Positions 38,294-47,865 of a DNA stretch of 49,854 bases are shown here, piece after piece (the first letter of the stretch is position 1; every line of letters starts with the position of its first letter). The notes beneath the pieces are model-generated. The model had not been told where the DNA came from, searched no databases, and was given only the letters and a program-made list of their open reading frames with translations. The DNA comes from an uncultured Spirochaetaceae bacterium. Lineage in GTDB: Bacteria; Spirochaetota; Spirochaetia; DSM-27196; PWMO01. Made by a program: the position numbers and the translations under genes. The DNA lies in NCBI GenBank assembly GCA_964413945.1, contig CAYPUT010000002.1, positions 1-49,854 of the forward strand. Direction: 5' to 3'.

Positions 38294-39236
38294 CCGATAG
38301 AACCCGCAATGCCTCCCGAAAACGGGTCGGCACCCGGGCGACAAAGAGCCGGGGAGCTTCCTCCGAGGGAAGGCGAATCCGCAGGGAATACGCGTGGAGC
38401 ATCAGCGCCGGGCCGTCCCCGGCCCCGGGCGCCTCGGTCGCCGGTTGCTTTCGGGTACCGTAGAGGTCGTCACCGAAAATCGGAAATCCGAGATGCTTCA
38501 TGTGGACCCGTAGTTGATGGGTTCTCCCCGTCTTCGGCCACAGCTCGATGAGCGCGGCCCGGGGGTAGCGCCGGACCACGCGGAGACTCGTTTCCGAATG
38601 CTTCCCCCCGGAAGAGACGACGGCGAAGCGCTGCCGGTGGGCAGGATCCCGCCCGAGCGCTACCGACACCTCCTGCCGGCTCCAGGAGGGGGTGCCGGAA
38701 ACCAGAGCGAGGTATCGTTTTTCCACCGAGCGGTCGGCGAATTGGGCCGCCAAGAAGGAATGGGAGGCCGGATGCTTTGCGCAGACCATCACGCCGCTGG
38801 TCCCCCGGTCCAGACGGTGGACGATCCCCGGGCGGAGGGACTCTCCGGCGAAGGATACGCTGATATCACGGTAGCGGTAGAGCAGACCCTGCACCAGCGT
38901 TGGGGCGCTGGTACCGCTTCCCGGGTGGACGACCAATCCGGAGGGCTTGTCGATGAGGATGACGTCGGCGTCCTCGTAGAGGACGGCAAACTCTACGGGT
39001 TGGGGCTCGAGGTCGATAGGGGGAAGCTCACAGAAGCGGACCAGGAGGCGATCCCCCTCCCTCAACCGGTAAGAGGGCTTTACCCGGCGGCCGCCGACCC
39101 AGACTTCGGTCCCACGCCGGCGGAGCTGGCTCCGGGGAAAGAGATCGAGACCCTCGGCGACAAAGCGGTCGACCCGCTCACCGACCCAATCGTCGTCCAC
39201 CGTCGTGGCCACGTCGCGGGAATCGGGAGGGGTCAC
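38271..39236 (-). CDS. rluD: RluA/RluD-family 23S rRNA pseudouridine synthase
   Basis: 321-aa ORF with an N-terminal S4 domain (RVDRFVAEGL...SRSQLRR). The catalytic motif HRLDRGTSGVMV and HQLRVH are present. Confidence 0.88.
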   Translation of the reverse strand: MTPPDSRDVATTVDDDWVGERVDRFVAEGLDLFPRSQLRRRGTEVWVGGRRVKPSYRLREGDRLLVRFCELPPIDLEPQPVEFAVLYEDADVILIDKPSGLVVHPGSGTSAPTLVQGLLYRYRDISVSFAGESLRPGIVHRLDRGTSGVMVCAKHPASHSFLAAQFADRSVEKRYLALVSGTPSWSRQEVSVALGRDPAHRQRFAVVSSGGKHSETSLRVVRRYPRAALIELWPKTGRTHQLRVHMKHLGFPIFGDDLYGTRKQPATEAPGAGDGPALMLHAYSLRIRLPSEEAPRLFVARVPTRFREALRVLSATARSGG

Positions 39237-39631
39237 GGGTCTTCGGAGTTCCGCCGCTCCCGGCGGCCTAAGGCGTAATCGACGAGGGCGAAGACGACCG
39301 AGACAACCGCGCTGGTTATAAGAATTGTCTCTTTCTCCTCTTGGCTAAAGCGTTGGACCCCCGGAGGCGCGAAGAACCACGGGGCGGCCTCCCGGTCGAA
39401 CTCCCCCGCTTGGGCGCTCTTTGCGCCGAACCGCACGAGGTCGTAGGTAAGCTGCGTCAGAATAAGGGAGACGGGAAACACCCCGAGGGCGATTATCTCT
39501 CCCCTTCGGAGCTCCCGGGCCCACCCGGGAAACTCTTCGGGGCTGTAGGGCTCCGGTGTCACCTCCTGTCCCCAGAGGGGCCCCCCGAGAAAAGCCAGGA
39601 GAACCACGACACCGACGGCCCGGGACATCAC
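39233..39631 (-). CDS. Small membrane protein of unknown function
   Basis: 132-aa ORF with a signal peptide (VVVLLAFLGGPLWGQE) and two further hydrophobic helices. It shares 4-nt overlaps with both yggS and rluD. Confidence 0.6.
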   Translation of the reverse strand: MMSRAVGVVVLLAFLGGPLWGQEVTPEPYSPEEFPGWARELRRGEIIALGVFPVSLILTQLTYDLVRFGAKSAQAGEFDREAAPWFFAPPGVQRFSQEEKETILITSAVVSVVFALVDYALGRRERRNSEDP

Positions 39632-40353
39632 GCGGGGCCTCCGGGGCGGGAACCGAAGAGAATGGTCCCAAGACGGACAAGGGTGCTCCCCTCTTCGACG
39701 GCAATCTCGAAGTCGTTGCTCATTCCCATGGAGAGCTCGGACATGGGCAGCTCGGGGAACTCCGCCCGGAGCCGCTCGAAGCTCCGGCGGAGCGCCGAAA
39801 AGCTCTTTCGCAAAAGCGTTTCCTCGGAGGTAAAAGGGCCGATAGTCATGAGCCCGACGATACGGAGATAGCGCATCCGGGCAATCTCCTCGGTATCCCG
39901 CAGAAGGTCGTCGATCTTCCGGTACCCGAACTTGGACGACTCACCGCTGGTATTTACCTCCAGGAAGATGTCCAAGGGAGTAGAACCGGCGGCGGCGGCG
40001 GCGGGGCCCTCACTCCGGGATACCGCTTCCTCGAGAGCCCGGGCGGTGAGGCTGCCGTCGATCGACTGAACCGCACCGAAGAGGCCGGGAACCATCCGCG
40101 CCTTGTTCCGCTGGAGATGCCCGATAAGATGGAGCTCGCTCCCCGCCGGGGTGGTTGCGTACTTCTCCTGGGCCTCCTGGACCCGGTTCTCCCCAAAGAG
40201 GCGCACCCCCGCCTGGTAGGCCTCCTGGACCGCCGCGTAGCTCTGAGTCTTTGTGACAGCCATCAGCCGGACCGTATCGTTCTCCCGACCGGATCGTCGT
40301 TTTGCCGCCTCGAGGCGATCGAAGACGTGCTCCAAGTTTTCGCGAACCGACAT
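39628..40353 (-). CDS. yggS: YggS/PROSC-family PLP-binding (PLP homeostasis) protein
   Basis: The track ORF begins at a TTG at 40362, but an ATG at 40353 (MSVRENLEHV...) is more likely. It has VRLMAVTKTQ (Lys for PLP), FGENRVQE, HLIGHLQRNK and LSMGMSNDFEIAVEEGST. Confidence 0.88.
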   Translation of the reverse strand: MSVRENLEHVFDRLEAAKRRSGRENDTVRLMAVTKTQSYAAVQEAYQAGVRLFGENRVQEAQEKYATTPAGSELHLIGHLQRNKARMVPGLFGAVQSIDGSLTARALEEAVSRSEGPAAAAAGSTPLDIFLEVNTSGESSKFGYRKIDDLLRDTEEIARMRYLRIVGLMTIGPFTSEETLLRKSFSALRRSFERLRAEFPELPMSELSMGMSNDFEIAVEEGSTLVRLGTILFGSRPGGPA

Positions 40354-40416
40354 CTTGTACAAGTCTACCCGTTAGCGTTGACGTGGCGCAAAGGGTGGGA
40401 GTAGATTTCCGGTGTA

Positions 40417-41322
40417 ATGAACAACGAACTTTGGTCTGAGCGACAAAAGTCCACCTGGCGGACAAAGGTTGGCCTCGCGGAAATGCTCAAGGGCGGTGTC
40501 ATCATGGACGTCACCACGGTAGAACAGGCACAGATTGCCGCCGACGCCGGCGCCCAGGCTGTGATGGCCCTCGAACGCGTTCCGGCGGATATCCGGGCTC
40601 AGGGCGGCGTTGCCCGAATGTCGGATCCGAAGATGATTCAGGAAATCCAAAAGGCGGTGACGATTCCGGTGATGGCGAAATGCCGGATCGGTCACTTCGT
40701 CGAAGCGCAGATACTCGAATCCCTCGGGGTGGACTTTATCGACGAGAGCGAGGTTCTTACCCCGGCGGACGAAACCAATCATGTGTCCAAGCACGACTTC
40801 CGGGTCCCCTTTGTCTGCGGTTCCCGGGACCTCGGAGAGGCCCTCCGTCGTATCGGAGAGGGCGCCGCGATGATGCGGACCAAGGGTGAAGCGGGGACCG
40901 GCGATATCGTCGAAGCGGTACGCCACCTCCGGACGGTTACCGGGGCGATTCGCCGCCTGACGGTCCTCCGGGAAGAAGAGCTAATGCGGGAAGCGAAGGA
41001 GCTCGGCGCTCCCTTCGAGCTGGTGCAGGAAGTGGCGAAGACCGGCAAGCTCCCGGTCCCCAATTTCTCCGCCGGGGGTGTTGCGACACCCGCCGACGCG
41101 GCTCTGATGATGCAACTCGGTGCCGAGGCGGTCTTCGTCGGTTCGGGTGTCTTCAAGTCGGATAACCCCGCGAAGCGTGCCCGGGCGATCGTCGACGCCG
41201 TGGCGCACTACAACGATCCGGACCGTCTTGCGCAGCTCTCGACGGATCTCGGCATTCCGATGTCCGGCATCAGTGTCGGGTCGATGCAAGAGGGAGAGCG
41301 GATCGCCGTTCGCGGCTGGTAA
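40417..41322 (+). CDS. pdxS: Pyridoxal 5'-phosphate synthase, lyase subunit PdxS
   Basis: 301-aa ORF. Motifs seen: [70 protein letters not shown]. Confidence 0.95.
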   Translation: MNNELWSERQKSTWRTKVGLAEMLKGGVIMDVTTVEQAQIAADAGAQAVMALERVPADIRAQGGVARMSDPKMIQEIQKAVTIPVMAKCRIGHFVEAQILESLGVDFIDESEVLTPADETNHVSKHDFRVPFVCGSRDLGEALRRIGEGAAMMRTKGEAGTGDIVEAVRHLRTVTGAIRRLTVLREEELMREAKELGAPFELVQEVAKTGKLPVPNFSAGGVATPADAALMMQLGAEAVFVGSGVFKSDNPAKRARAIVDAVAHYNDPDRLAQLSTDLGIPMSGISVGSMQEGERIAVRGW

Positions 41323-41906
41323 TGCCCCGGGTCGGAGTACTCTCCTACCAGGGAGACTTTCAACGACACAGCGACGTTCTCACGAATCTCGGCCTCACCG
41401 TGGTGTCCGTACGTGCTCCGGAGCACCTCGAGAGGTTGAGCGGTCTGGTGATTCCCGGGGGGGAAAGCACAACCATCGGCATGCTTATGGAGCGGTTCGG
41501 CCTCCTCGAGGCAACAAGAAATGCCGGAAGGACAGGGATGCCCCTCTTCGGAACCTGCGCCGGGGCCATCCTCCTGGCCAAAGAGATCGAGAAGAGCGAC
41601 CAACCGCGCCTCGGTCTCGTGGATATTCGGGTTGCCCGAAACGCTTACGGCCGCCAAATAGAGAGCTTCGAAGCGCAAGTCGATCTCTTAGACGGGGCCG
41701 AAGGACCCCTCACGGGGGTCTTTATCCGGGCTCCGATTATTACCCACATGGGGGCCGGTGTGGAGACGCTGGCCGAATTCGAGGGAAGGCCGGTCCTGGT
41801 TTCCCAGGGCAACTATCTGGCCGCAACCTTTCATCCGGAGCTCACGGGGGACGACCGGATCCACCGCCTCTTTGCCCGGCGGGTTATCGCGTTCGCCGAT
41901 CGTTAA
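41322..41906 (+). CDS. pdxT: Pyridoxal 5'-phosphate synthase, glutaminase subunit PdxT
   Basis: 194-aa ORF. It has GVLSYQGDF, GLVIPGGESTT, the catalytic Cys in FGTCAGAILL, and FHPELT. Its start overlaps the pdxS stop. Confidence 0.93.
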   Translation: MPRVGVLSYQGDFQRHSDVLTNLGLTVVSVRAPEHLERLSGLVIPGGESTTIGMLMERFGLLEATRNAGRTGMPLFGTCAGAILLAKEIEKSDQPRLGLVDIRVARNAYGRQIESFEAQVDLLDGAEGPLTGVFIRAPIITHMGAGVETLAEFEGRPVLVSQGNYLAATFHPELTGDDRIHRLFARRVIAFADR

Positions 41907-42966
41907 AGGCGATCAACTCGCCGAAGGTCTTTCGGGAGGGATGGTCGCTTTCGACAACCTGCGCCAAAGCCTCCTCCGCCCGACGCCGGTGAACCCCGGA
42001 CAGCTCTCCGGCGGCCGATACAACGCCGAGGGATCGCATCGCATCCCGGACCGAGGCGACCTCTCCCGGGGTAAGGCCGGCCTTACCGAAAAGCTCCAAG
42101 GCTTCCGCCGGGGCCTTGCGGGAAATCAGCAACTGACGAAAGACGGTCTTCTTGTTCGCGGAAATATCGCTTCCGCCGGGTTTGCCGATGTGGTCCTCCT
42201 CTCCGAATATGCCGATCTCGTCGTCCTTTATCTGAAACACCACGCCGAGCTCCTCGCCGAACCGCGCCAAGGCGGACTGCCGGTCGCTATTCCCGCCGGC
42301 CAAGAGAGCGCCGAGGAGAAGGGGCAGCGAGAAGGTGTAGCGCCCCGTCTTAAAACGGTAAACCTGAACGACCCGGTCGACGCTCGGTTCCTCGGCGGCT
42401 TGGCCGAAGAAGACGTCGTCCATCTGAGCAAGGCCCACTAGGTTCAGCTCCCGGGCATAGGTCCCGAGAAAAGCCCCCGGGGGAAGGCCTCCGGCGGCGG
42501 CTTCGGCCATCGAGAGGAGCTCCATAGCCAGAAAGACGCCGACATCGCCGACGCAGATTCCCAAAGACAAGCCAAGGTGACCGGGGTCGGAAACGCCCCG
42601 CCCTTCGGCGTACTCCCGGTACTGCCGGTGGATCGACGGCACACCCCGGCGCACCTCGTCCTTGTCCATAATATCGTCGTGAATTAGGAGGAAGGACTGA
42701 GTTAGCTCCATCGCGGCGGCCGTGGGGAGGCAGGCCGCGTCCCGACGCGCCGGGTCGCCGGCGACCGATTCGTACCCGAGAAAGACCAGAGCCCCCCGGA
42801 TGAGCTTGCCCCGGAGGACGTAACCTTTAAGCCGCCGCAAGACGTCGGCGTCGAAGCCCCCGGCAACCGGAGCCGTTCCGGAGGTAACTTCCGCGATCTT
42901 CCGGTCGAAGAACTCCGTCAGATAGCCCCGGATTGCCTCGACGTGGGCGGTGAGTCCCTCAAGCAT
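41884..42966 (-). CDS. Short-chain trans-prenyl diphosphate synthase, probable geranylgeranyl diphosphate synthase
   Basis: 360-aa ORF. The first Asp-rich motif is LLIHDDIMDKDEVRRG (DDxxD, with Phe at position -5). The second Asp-rich motif is FQIKDDEIG. It is the last gene of the crt operon, with an 8-nt overlap onto crtB. Confidence 0.8.
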   Translation of the reverse strand: MLEGLTAHVEAIRGYLTEFFDRKIAEVTSGTAPVAGGFDADVLRRLKGYVLRGKLIRGALVFLGYESVAGDPARRDAACLPTAAAMELTQSFLLIHDDIMDKDEVRRGVPSIHRQYREYAEGRGVSDPGHLGLSLGICVGDVGVFLAMELLSMAEAAAGGLPPGAFLGTYARELNLVGLAQMDDVFFGQAAEEPSVDRVVQVYRFKTGRYTFSLPLLLGALLAGGNSDRQSALARFGEELGVVFQIKDDEIGIFGEEDHIGKPGGSDISANKKTVFRQLLISRKAPAEALELFGKAGLTPGEVASVRDAMRSLGVVSAAGELSGVHRRRAEEALAQVVESDHPSRKTFGELIAFNDRRTR

Positions 42967-43819
42967 GGGACACCGAACCGTGGCGAGGAAAGAACATATT
43001 CTTTAGGCCCCGAAGGACGATCTGCCGCCTTTTCGGCTTTACCTTCCGCCGGAAGACAATAAACGGATCCGCGGAAATCCGGGCTCCGGTCCAATTGTAC
43101 ATATCGCCCGCAGTCTTGATCGGGACCAGATAGCGACGGGGAAGAAATCGATACCCCGCCTCGGCCTCCGCCTGCCACCCACGGTAGCGGGCGAGCTGCC
43201 GCTGTACGAACCCACGGAACTCCTTCGGGTTACTCATGGCCGTCGTCTCCTTTAGGTCCGGCAGGGAAGTTTCGTCGAGGGGAAGGTAGGTTCTCCCGAG
43301 ACTATTGTCCTCGTCAATGTCGCGGATAAAATTGATAAACTGCATCGCCCGGCCGAGCATCGCGGCACTCTTTTCGGCCTCTCGGGGAAGGTCGAGGATT
43401 CTGACCATGAACAGCCCGACGACCTCCGCAGAGCCGTAAACATAGTCGAGGGTCTCCTCGACGGTCCGATAGGTTGACTTGGTCAGATCCCATTCCATCG
43501 ACCGCAGAAAGGCGTCGGTCCAGGCGGGATCGAATCGCTTCCGCCGGGCAAGCTCGACGAAGCTGTCGACAATGGCGTCCCCGGTCGTCTCGCCGGCCAT
43601 TCCCCGGTGGTAGCGGTCCCGGAAGGCGTAGAACTCATCCCGCCGCTGCGGGACGGCGTCGACAAAGTTGTCGGCAACCCGAACGAATCCGTAGAGAACG
43701 TAGACGTCCTGCCGGATCTCCGGGGGAAAGAAGCGACTCGAGTTGAAGTAGGTCTTACTCCCCTCGCGAAAGACCCGGGCGTGAATTCCGTCGGCCGTCG
43801 ATTCGTCCCGCACCATCAC
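42959..43819 (-). CDS. crtB: Phytoene (or dehydrosqualene) synthase family protein
   Basis: 286-aa ORF. Motifs seen: KTYFNSSRFFP, YGFVRVADNFVD (DxxxD), and FIRDIDEDNSLGRTYLP (second Asp-rich box). Confidence 0.8.
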   Translation of the reverse strand: MMVRDESTADGIHARVFREGSKTYFNSSRFFPPEIRQDVYVLYGFVRVADNFVDAVPQRRDEFYAFRDRYHRGMAGETTGDAIVDSFVELARRKRFDPAWTDAFLRSMEWDLTKSTYRTVEETLDYVYGSAEVVGLFMVRILDLPREAEKSAAMLGRAMQFINFIRDIDEDNSLGRTYLPLDETSLPDLKETTAMSNPKEFRGFVQRQLARYRGWQAEAEAGYRFLPRRYLVPIKTAGDMYNWTGARISADPFIVFRRKVKPKRRQIVLRGLKNMFFPRHGSVSHA

Positions 43820-43826
43820 TCTGCCC

Positions 43827-45305
43827 CTAGAGAAGCTCTCGATTAATCGAGTCGGTTATGATCTTCGACGCGATAAAGGTCATCGGCACCCCGACTCCCG
43901 GGTGGGTGTACTGGCCCGAGTAAAACAGGTTCTTAACCTTCCGGCTCCGTTGGGAGGGACGAAAGACTGCCGTCTGCCCGAGGGTATGGGCAATTCCGAG
44001 GGCGCTTCCCTGGTACGCGTTGTAGTCTCCGGCGAAATCTCGGTGGGAAAAAATTCTCGAGATAACGATCGAGTCTCGAATGCTTCTACCGATGAGGCCT
44101 TCGAGGTGGTCTATGAGGAGGTTGTAGTACCGGCTTCGTACTTCGTCGGTGTCCTCGAGCCCCGAGGCCACCGGGAGCAGAAAAAAGACGTTCTCGTGGC
44201 CCTCCGGGGCGACGCTCGGGTCGTCGTAGGAAGCGGAGCTGACGTAGTAAGAGAAGGTCTCCGGCCAGGCGGGGTTATCGAAGATGGCGGCGAAGTGGTT
44301 ATTCCAGTCCGGGTCGAAGTAGAGGTTGTGGTGCGCGAGCTCCGGAATCTTTCGGTTCAGCCCCAGGTAGACGATAAACATCGTCGGCGCCATTACCCGC
44401 TTCTTCCAATAGTTCGCCGGGTAGCTCTGGTAACGCTCTTCGAGGAGGGACGTCTCGACGTGAGGGTAGTCGGCGTTGGCCAGCACCAGGTCCGCGTCGA
44501 AGGTAGAGCCGTTCGCCTCGACGGCGACGGCCCTGCCTTGCTCCACCACGATACGCCGCACCGGATGATCCGTAACCACCTTGACTCCGAGCTCTTCGGC
44601 GAGACGCCGGGTCCCGTCGACGAAGGAAGCCATCCCCCCCCGGGGGAACCAGACGCCAAGGTTCAGGTCGACGTGGGACATAATGGAGTAGAGCGCCGGA
44701 GCGTTCTTCGGGCTCGCGCCGAGAAAGACCATGGCGTACTCGAGAATCTGCTTCGCCCGCCGGTCGGAGAAATAGCGCCCGACGAATCGGTCGAGACTCT
44801 GAAAGACGTTCAGCTTGGTTCCTTCGAGCATGAGGCGTCGGTTGAAGAAGTCGAAGAGAGAACGGTATTCCCGGTAGAGAAACTCCGACATCGCGATGTT
44901 GTACTTGTACTCCGCCTGCTTGAGATAGCGGGAAAGCTTCTCGCCTCCACCGGGCTCGAAGGCGTCGAAGGTGGTCTTGGTGCGGTCGAGGTTGCGGTCG
45001 ATGTCTACCGACTCGCCGGGGCCGAAGAAGACCCGGTAGTAGGGGTCGAGCTCGTAGAGCTGATAGTAGTCTTCCCGGGAACGACCGAGGTCGGAGAAGA
45101 ACTGCTCGAAGACCTCGGGCATCAGATACCAGGAAGGCCCCATATCGAAGACGAAGCCCCCTTCCCGCCAGACCCGGGCACGTCCACCTACGTCGGAGTT
45201 CTTCTCTAAGAGGGTGACGTCCCACCCATCCTTGGAAAGGTAGGCGGAGGCCGAAAGCCCGCCGAATCCGCCACCGATAACAATAGCTTTCTTGGCTGCC
45301 ATCAT
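43827..45305 (-). CDS. crtI: Phytoene desaturase (CrtI family FAD-dependent oxidoreductase)
   Basis: The track ORF starts at 45458. The tandem ATG at 45305 gives MMAAKKAIVIGGGFGGLSASAYL...LEKNSDVGGRA, the dinucleotide-binding fold. The C-terminal CrtI signature FYSGQYTHPGVGVPMTFIASKI is present. Confidence 0.88.
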   Translation of the reverse strand: MMAAKKAIVIGGGFGGLSASAYLSKDGWDVTLLEKNSDVGGRARVWREGGFVFDMGPSWYLMPEVFEQFFSDLGRSREDYYQLYELDPYYRVFFGPGESVDIDRNLDRTKTTFDAFEPGGGEKLSRYLKQAEYKYNIAMSEFLYREYRSLFDFFNRRLMLEGTKLNVFQSLDRFVGRYFSDRRAKQILEYAMVFLGASPKNAPALYSIMSHVDLNLGVWFPRGGMASFVDGTRRLAEELGVKVVTDHPVRRIVVEQGRAVAVEANGSTFDADLVLANADYPHVETSLLEERYQSYPANYWKKRVMAPTMFIVYLGLNRKIPELAHHNLYFDPDWNNHFAAIFDNPAWPETFSYYVSSASYDDPSVAPEGHENVFFLLPVASGLEDTDEVRSRYYNLLIDHLEGLIGRSIRDSIVISRIFSHRDFAGDYNAYQGSALGIAHTLGQTAVFRPSQRSRKVKNLFYSGQYTHPGVGVPMTFIASKIITDSINRELL

Positions 45306-45525
45306 TTCGAGACAGAAGGTACTAACGCGGTATCCCTGCTGCAAGAAAAAGGAGCACCGCCCGCGTCGTCGTTCGGTCCGGCCCGACTCTACGAATAAAT
45401 CGCCAACTTTGCCGTGATTAAGATCCCCACACCTTCTTTCAAGCGAAAATTGCTCCAAAGTTTACCGCAAAGAGAAACGCACTCGAAATCCTGCACGTAA
45501 TTTAGAACAAATTTCTCGCTAATGG

Positions 45526-45554
45526 TTGACCACCTTACGAATTCTCACTAATCT
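45526..45554 (+). promoter_or_regulatory. Candidate sigma70-type promoter of ilvB-ilvN-leuC-leuD
   Basis: The plus strand reads TTGACC (45526-45531)-N17-TAATCT (45549-45554), in the AT-richer divergent region. A GAAGGTGG Shine-Dalgarno sequence lies at 45574-45581, 6 nt before the ilvB ATG. Confidence 0.45.
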
Positions 45555-45587
45555 TCAGCGAACTACGACTACAGAAGGTGGTTTTCT

Positions 45588-47324
45588 ATGAGTGGAAGCA
45601 AAAAAACCGGCGCGGAAGTCATCGTCGATGTCATCCAGCAGCAGGGAGTTGAATACATCTTTGGTCATCCCGGTGGGGCGGCGATTCCAATCTTCGACGC
45701 TTTGGTAGGGTCTCCCTGCAAGTTCGTCCTTGCCCGGCACGAGCAGGGTGCAGCCCACATGGCCGACGGGTATGCCCGGGCGACCGGAAGACCGGCAGTC
45801 GTGCTGGTAACCTCGGGACCCGGAGCAACCAACACCATCACCGGCATTCTGACCGCCCAGATGGATTCGGTCCCGATGATCGTGATTACCGGGCAGTCGA
45901 CCACCTGGAACCTAGGCCTTGATGCCTTCCAGGAAGCCGACGTAAGCGGAATTTCCTACCCCGTCGTCAAGCACAGCTACCTGGTCAAGGACGCCGGCGA
46001 GCTTCCCCGAATCATGCGGGAGGCCTTCTACCTCTGCCAGACCGGGCGCCCGGGACCGGTCCTTATCGACGTGCCGAAGGATGTTTCGAGCGCGCTTATC
46101 GAGCCGGACTACACCGAAGAGTACCATCTTCCGGGGTACACCGTTCCGACGGAGGCGGACCCCGAGGCGGTACAACGGGCGGCTGAAATGCTCCAGGCGG
46201 CGAAGCGACCGATTCTTCTCGCGGGGCACGGAGCCATTATCTCGGGTGCCGACAAGCCGCTTCGCTATCTGGCGGAGAAGCTGCAAATACCCGTTACCAA
46301 CACGCTTCTCGGAAAGGGCGCCCTTCCGGAGACGCACCCGCTGAACCTGGGGATGCTCGGGATGCACGGAACCGCATACGCCAACATGGCGATGAAGAAT
46401 TCCGATCTTATCGTTTCCATCGGATCCCGGTGGGACGACCGCATTGTCGGAAACCCGGATAAGTTCGTACCCGGCTCGAAGAAGATTCATATAGACATCG
46501 ACGCCGCGGAGTTCAACAAGATTCTGCCGATGGACATAACCCTCCACGGGGACGCGAAGCTGGTCTTGGAACAGCTGCTGTCGATGGTCCAGCCTACCGA
46601 TACCAAGGAATGGCTCGCCGAGACCGCGAAGTGGCGCAAGGCCTACCCCTTAAAGTACAAGAAGTCGGGTAAGCTTCGGGCGGAGCACGCCATCGAGGAG
46701 ATCTATCTCCAGACCGAAGGCAAGGCGTATGTCACAACCGACGTCGGACAGCACCAAATGTGGGCCGCCCAGTACTACCTGACCGACGACCGGTTCCATT
46801 GGATTAGCTCCGGAGGCGCAGGTACCATGGGTTTCGGCTTTCCCGCGGCTATCGGGACGCAACTCGCCCATCCCGATTCCACGGTTATCGCCGTCGTCGG
46901 TGACGGCGGTTTCCAGATGACGATGTCCGAGTTGGCTACGGCGGTCACCAATCGCTTGCCGATTAAGATTCTGCTGATCAACAACCATTACCTCGGAATG
47001 GTGCGGCAGTGGCAGAGCCTCTTCTACGACAACCGTCTCTCCGGAGTCGAGCTGGAGGGCAACCCGAACTTCGTAAAGCTGATAGAGGCCTACGGCGGAA
47101 AGGGTTTCCGGATTAAGCGGAGCGCCGATGTACGCCGGATGATCCGGAGCGCCCTGGAGTACAACGACGGACCCGTGTTGATAGACGTCGAAGTGGAAAA
47201 GGAGGACAACGTCTTCCCGATGATCCCCGCGGGGTCGAGTTTCGACGACATGATTATTGAGGCGCCGAAGCCCAAGGCGGGCGAGGCGCGTGCACGGCTC
47301 GAGAAGCCGGTTGGGAGTACGTAA
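45588..47324 (+). CDS. ilvB: Acetolactate synthase (acetohydroxyacid synthase) large subunit
   Basis: 578-aa ORF. It has [38 protein letters not shown], and the ThDP motif [16 protein letters not shown]...NN. Confidence 0.95.
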   Translation: MSGSKKTGAEVIVDVIQQQGVEYIFGHPGGAAIPIFDALVGSPCKFVLARHEQGAAHMADGYARATGRPAVVLVTSGPGATNTITGILTAQMDSVPMIVITGQSTTWNLGLDAFQEADVSGISYPVVKHSYLVKDAGELPRIMREAFYLCQTGRPGPVLIDVPKDVSSALIEPDYTEEYHLPGYTVPTEADPEAVQRAAEMLQAAKRPILLAGHGAIISGADKPLRYLAEKLQIPVTNTLLGKGALPETHPLNLGMLGMHGTAYANMAMKNSDLIVSIGSRWDDRIVGNPDKFVPGSKKIHIDIDAAEFNKILPMDITLHGDAKLVLEQLLSMVQPTDTKEWLAETAKWRKAYPLKYKKSGKLRAEHAIEEIYLQTEGKAYVTTDVGQHQMWAAQYYLTDDRFHWISSGGAGTMGFGFPAAIGTQLAHPDSTVIAVVGDGGFQMTMSELATAVTNRLPIKILLINNHYLGMVRQWQSLFYDNRLSGVELEGNPNFVKLIEAYGGKGFRIKRSADVRRMIRSALEYNDGPVLIDVEVEKEDNVFPMIPAGSSFDDMIIEAPKPKAGEARARLEKPVGST

Positions 47325-47845
47325 TGGGAGCACCACTTACCGCAGCGATCGGGTACAAAAAGCACACCTTAAGCCTCTTGGTGGCGAACAAACCGGGGGT
47401 CCTCATCCGGATCTCCCTGGTCTTCGCACGGAGGGGGTACAACATCGACAGTCTGGTCGTGTCGGAGTCGAACGACCCGCAGTTCTCGGTGATGAACATT
47501 GTCGCCTCGGGGGACGAGAAGACCCTGGACCAGATTCTCAAGCAGCTGAACAAGCTTGTCGACGTGGTCCACGCCTCGGACCGGACAAACGACGACATCA
47601 TCATGCACGAGATGATGATGGTAAAGATTAAGTGTGAACCTGACCTTCGTACTGATGTACTTCAATTGGCACATGCCATGGGCTGTGATATAGTCGAGGT
47701 CTCCGAGCACGCGACCATCCTCCAGCTTACCGGTGAGTCGGAGCGACTCGACAGTGCCGTCCGTGTCTTCGACCGCTACGGCGTCCAGGAAATGATCCGC
47801 ACCGGAAAGGTGCTCATGGCACGGGGATCGGAAATAACACCATAA
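47324..47845 (+). CDS. ilvN: Acetolactate synthase small (regulatory) subunit
   Basis: 173-aa ORF. The ACT domain start [33 protein letters not shown] is present. Its ATG overlaps the ilvB TAA (TAATG). Confidence 0.92.
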   Translation: MGAPLTAAIGYKKHTLSLLVANKPGVLIRISLVFARRGYNIDSLVVSESNDPQFSVMNIVASGDEKTLDQILKQLNKLVDVVHASDRTNDDIIMHEMMMVKIKCEPDLRTDVLQLAHAMGCDIVEVSEHATILQLTGESERLDSAVRVFDRYGVQEMIRTGKVLMARGSEITP

Positions 47846-47865
47846 GTAGAAAGAAAGGAGGGTCC

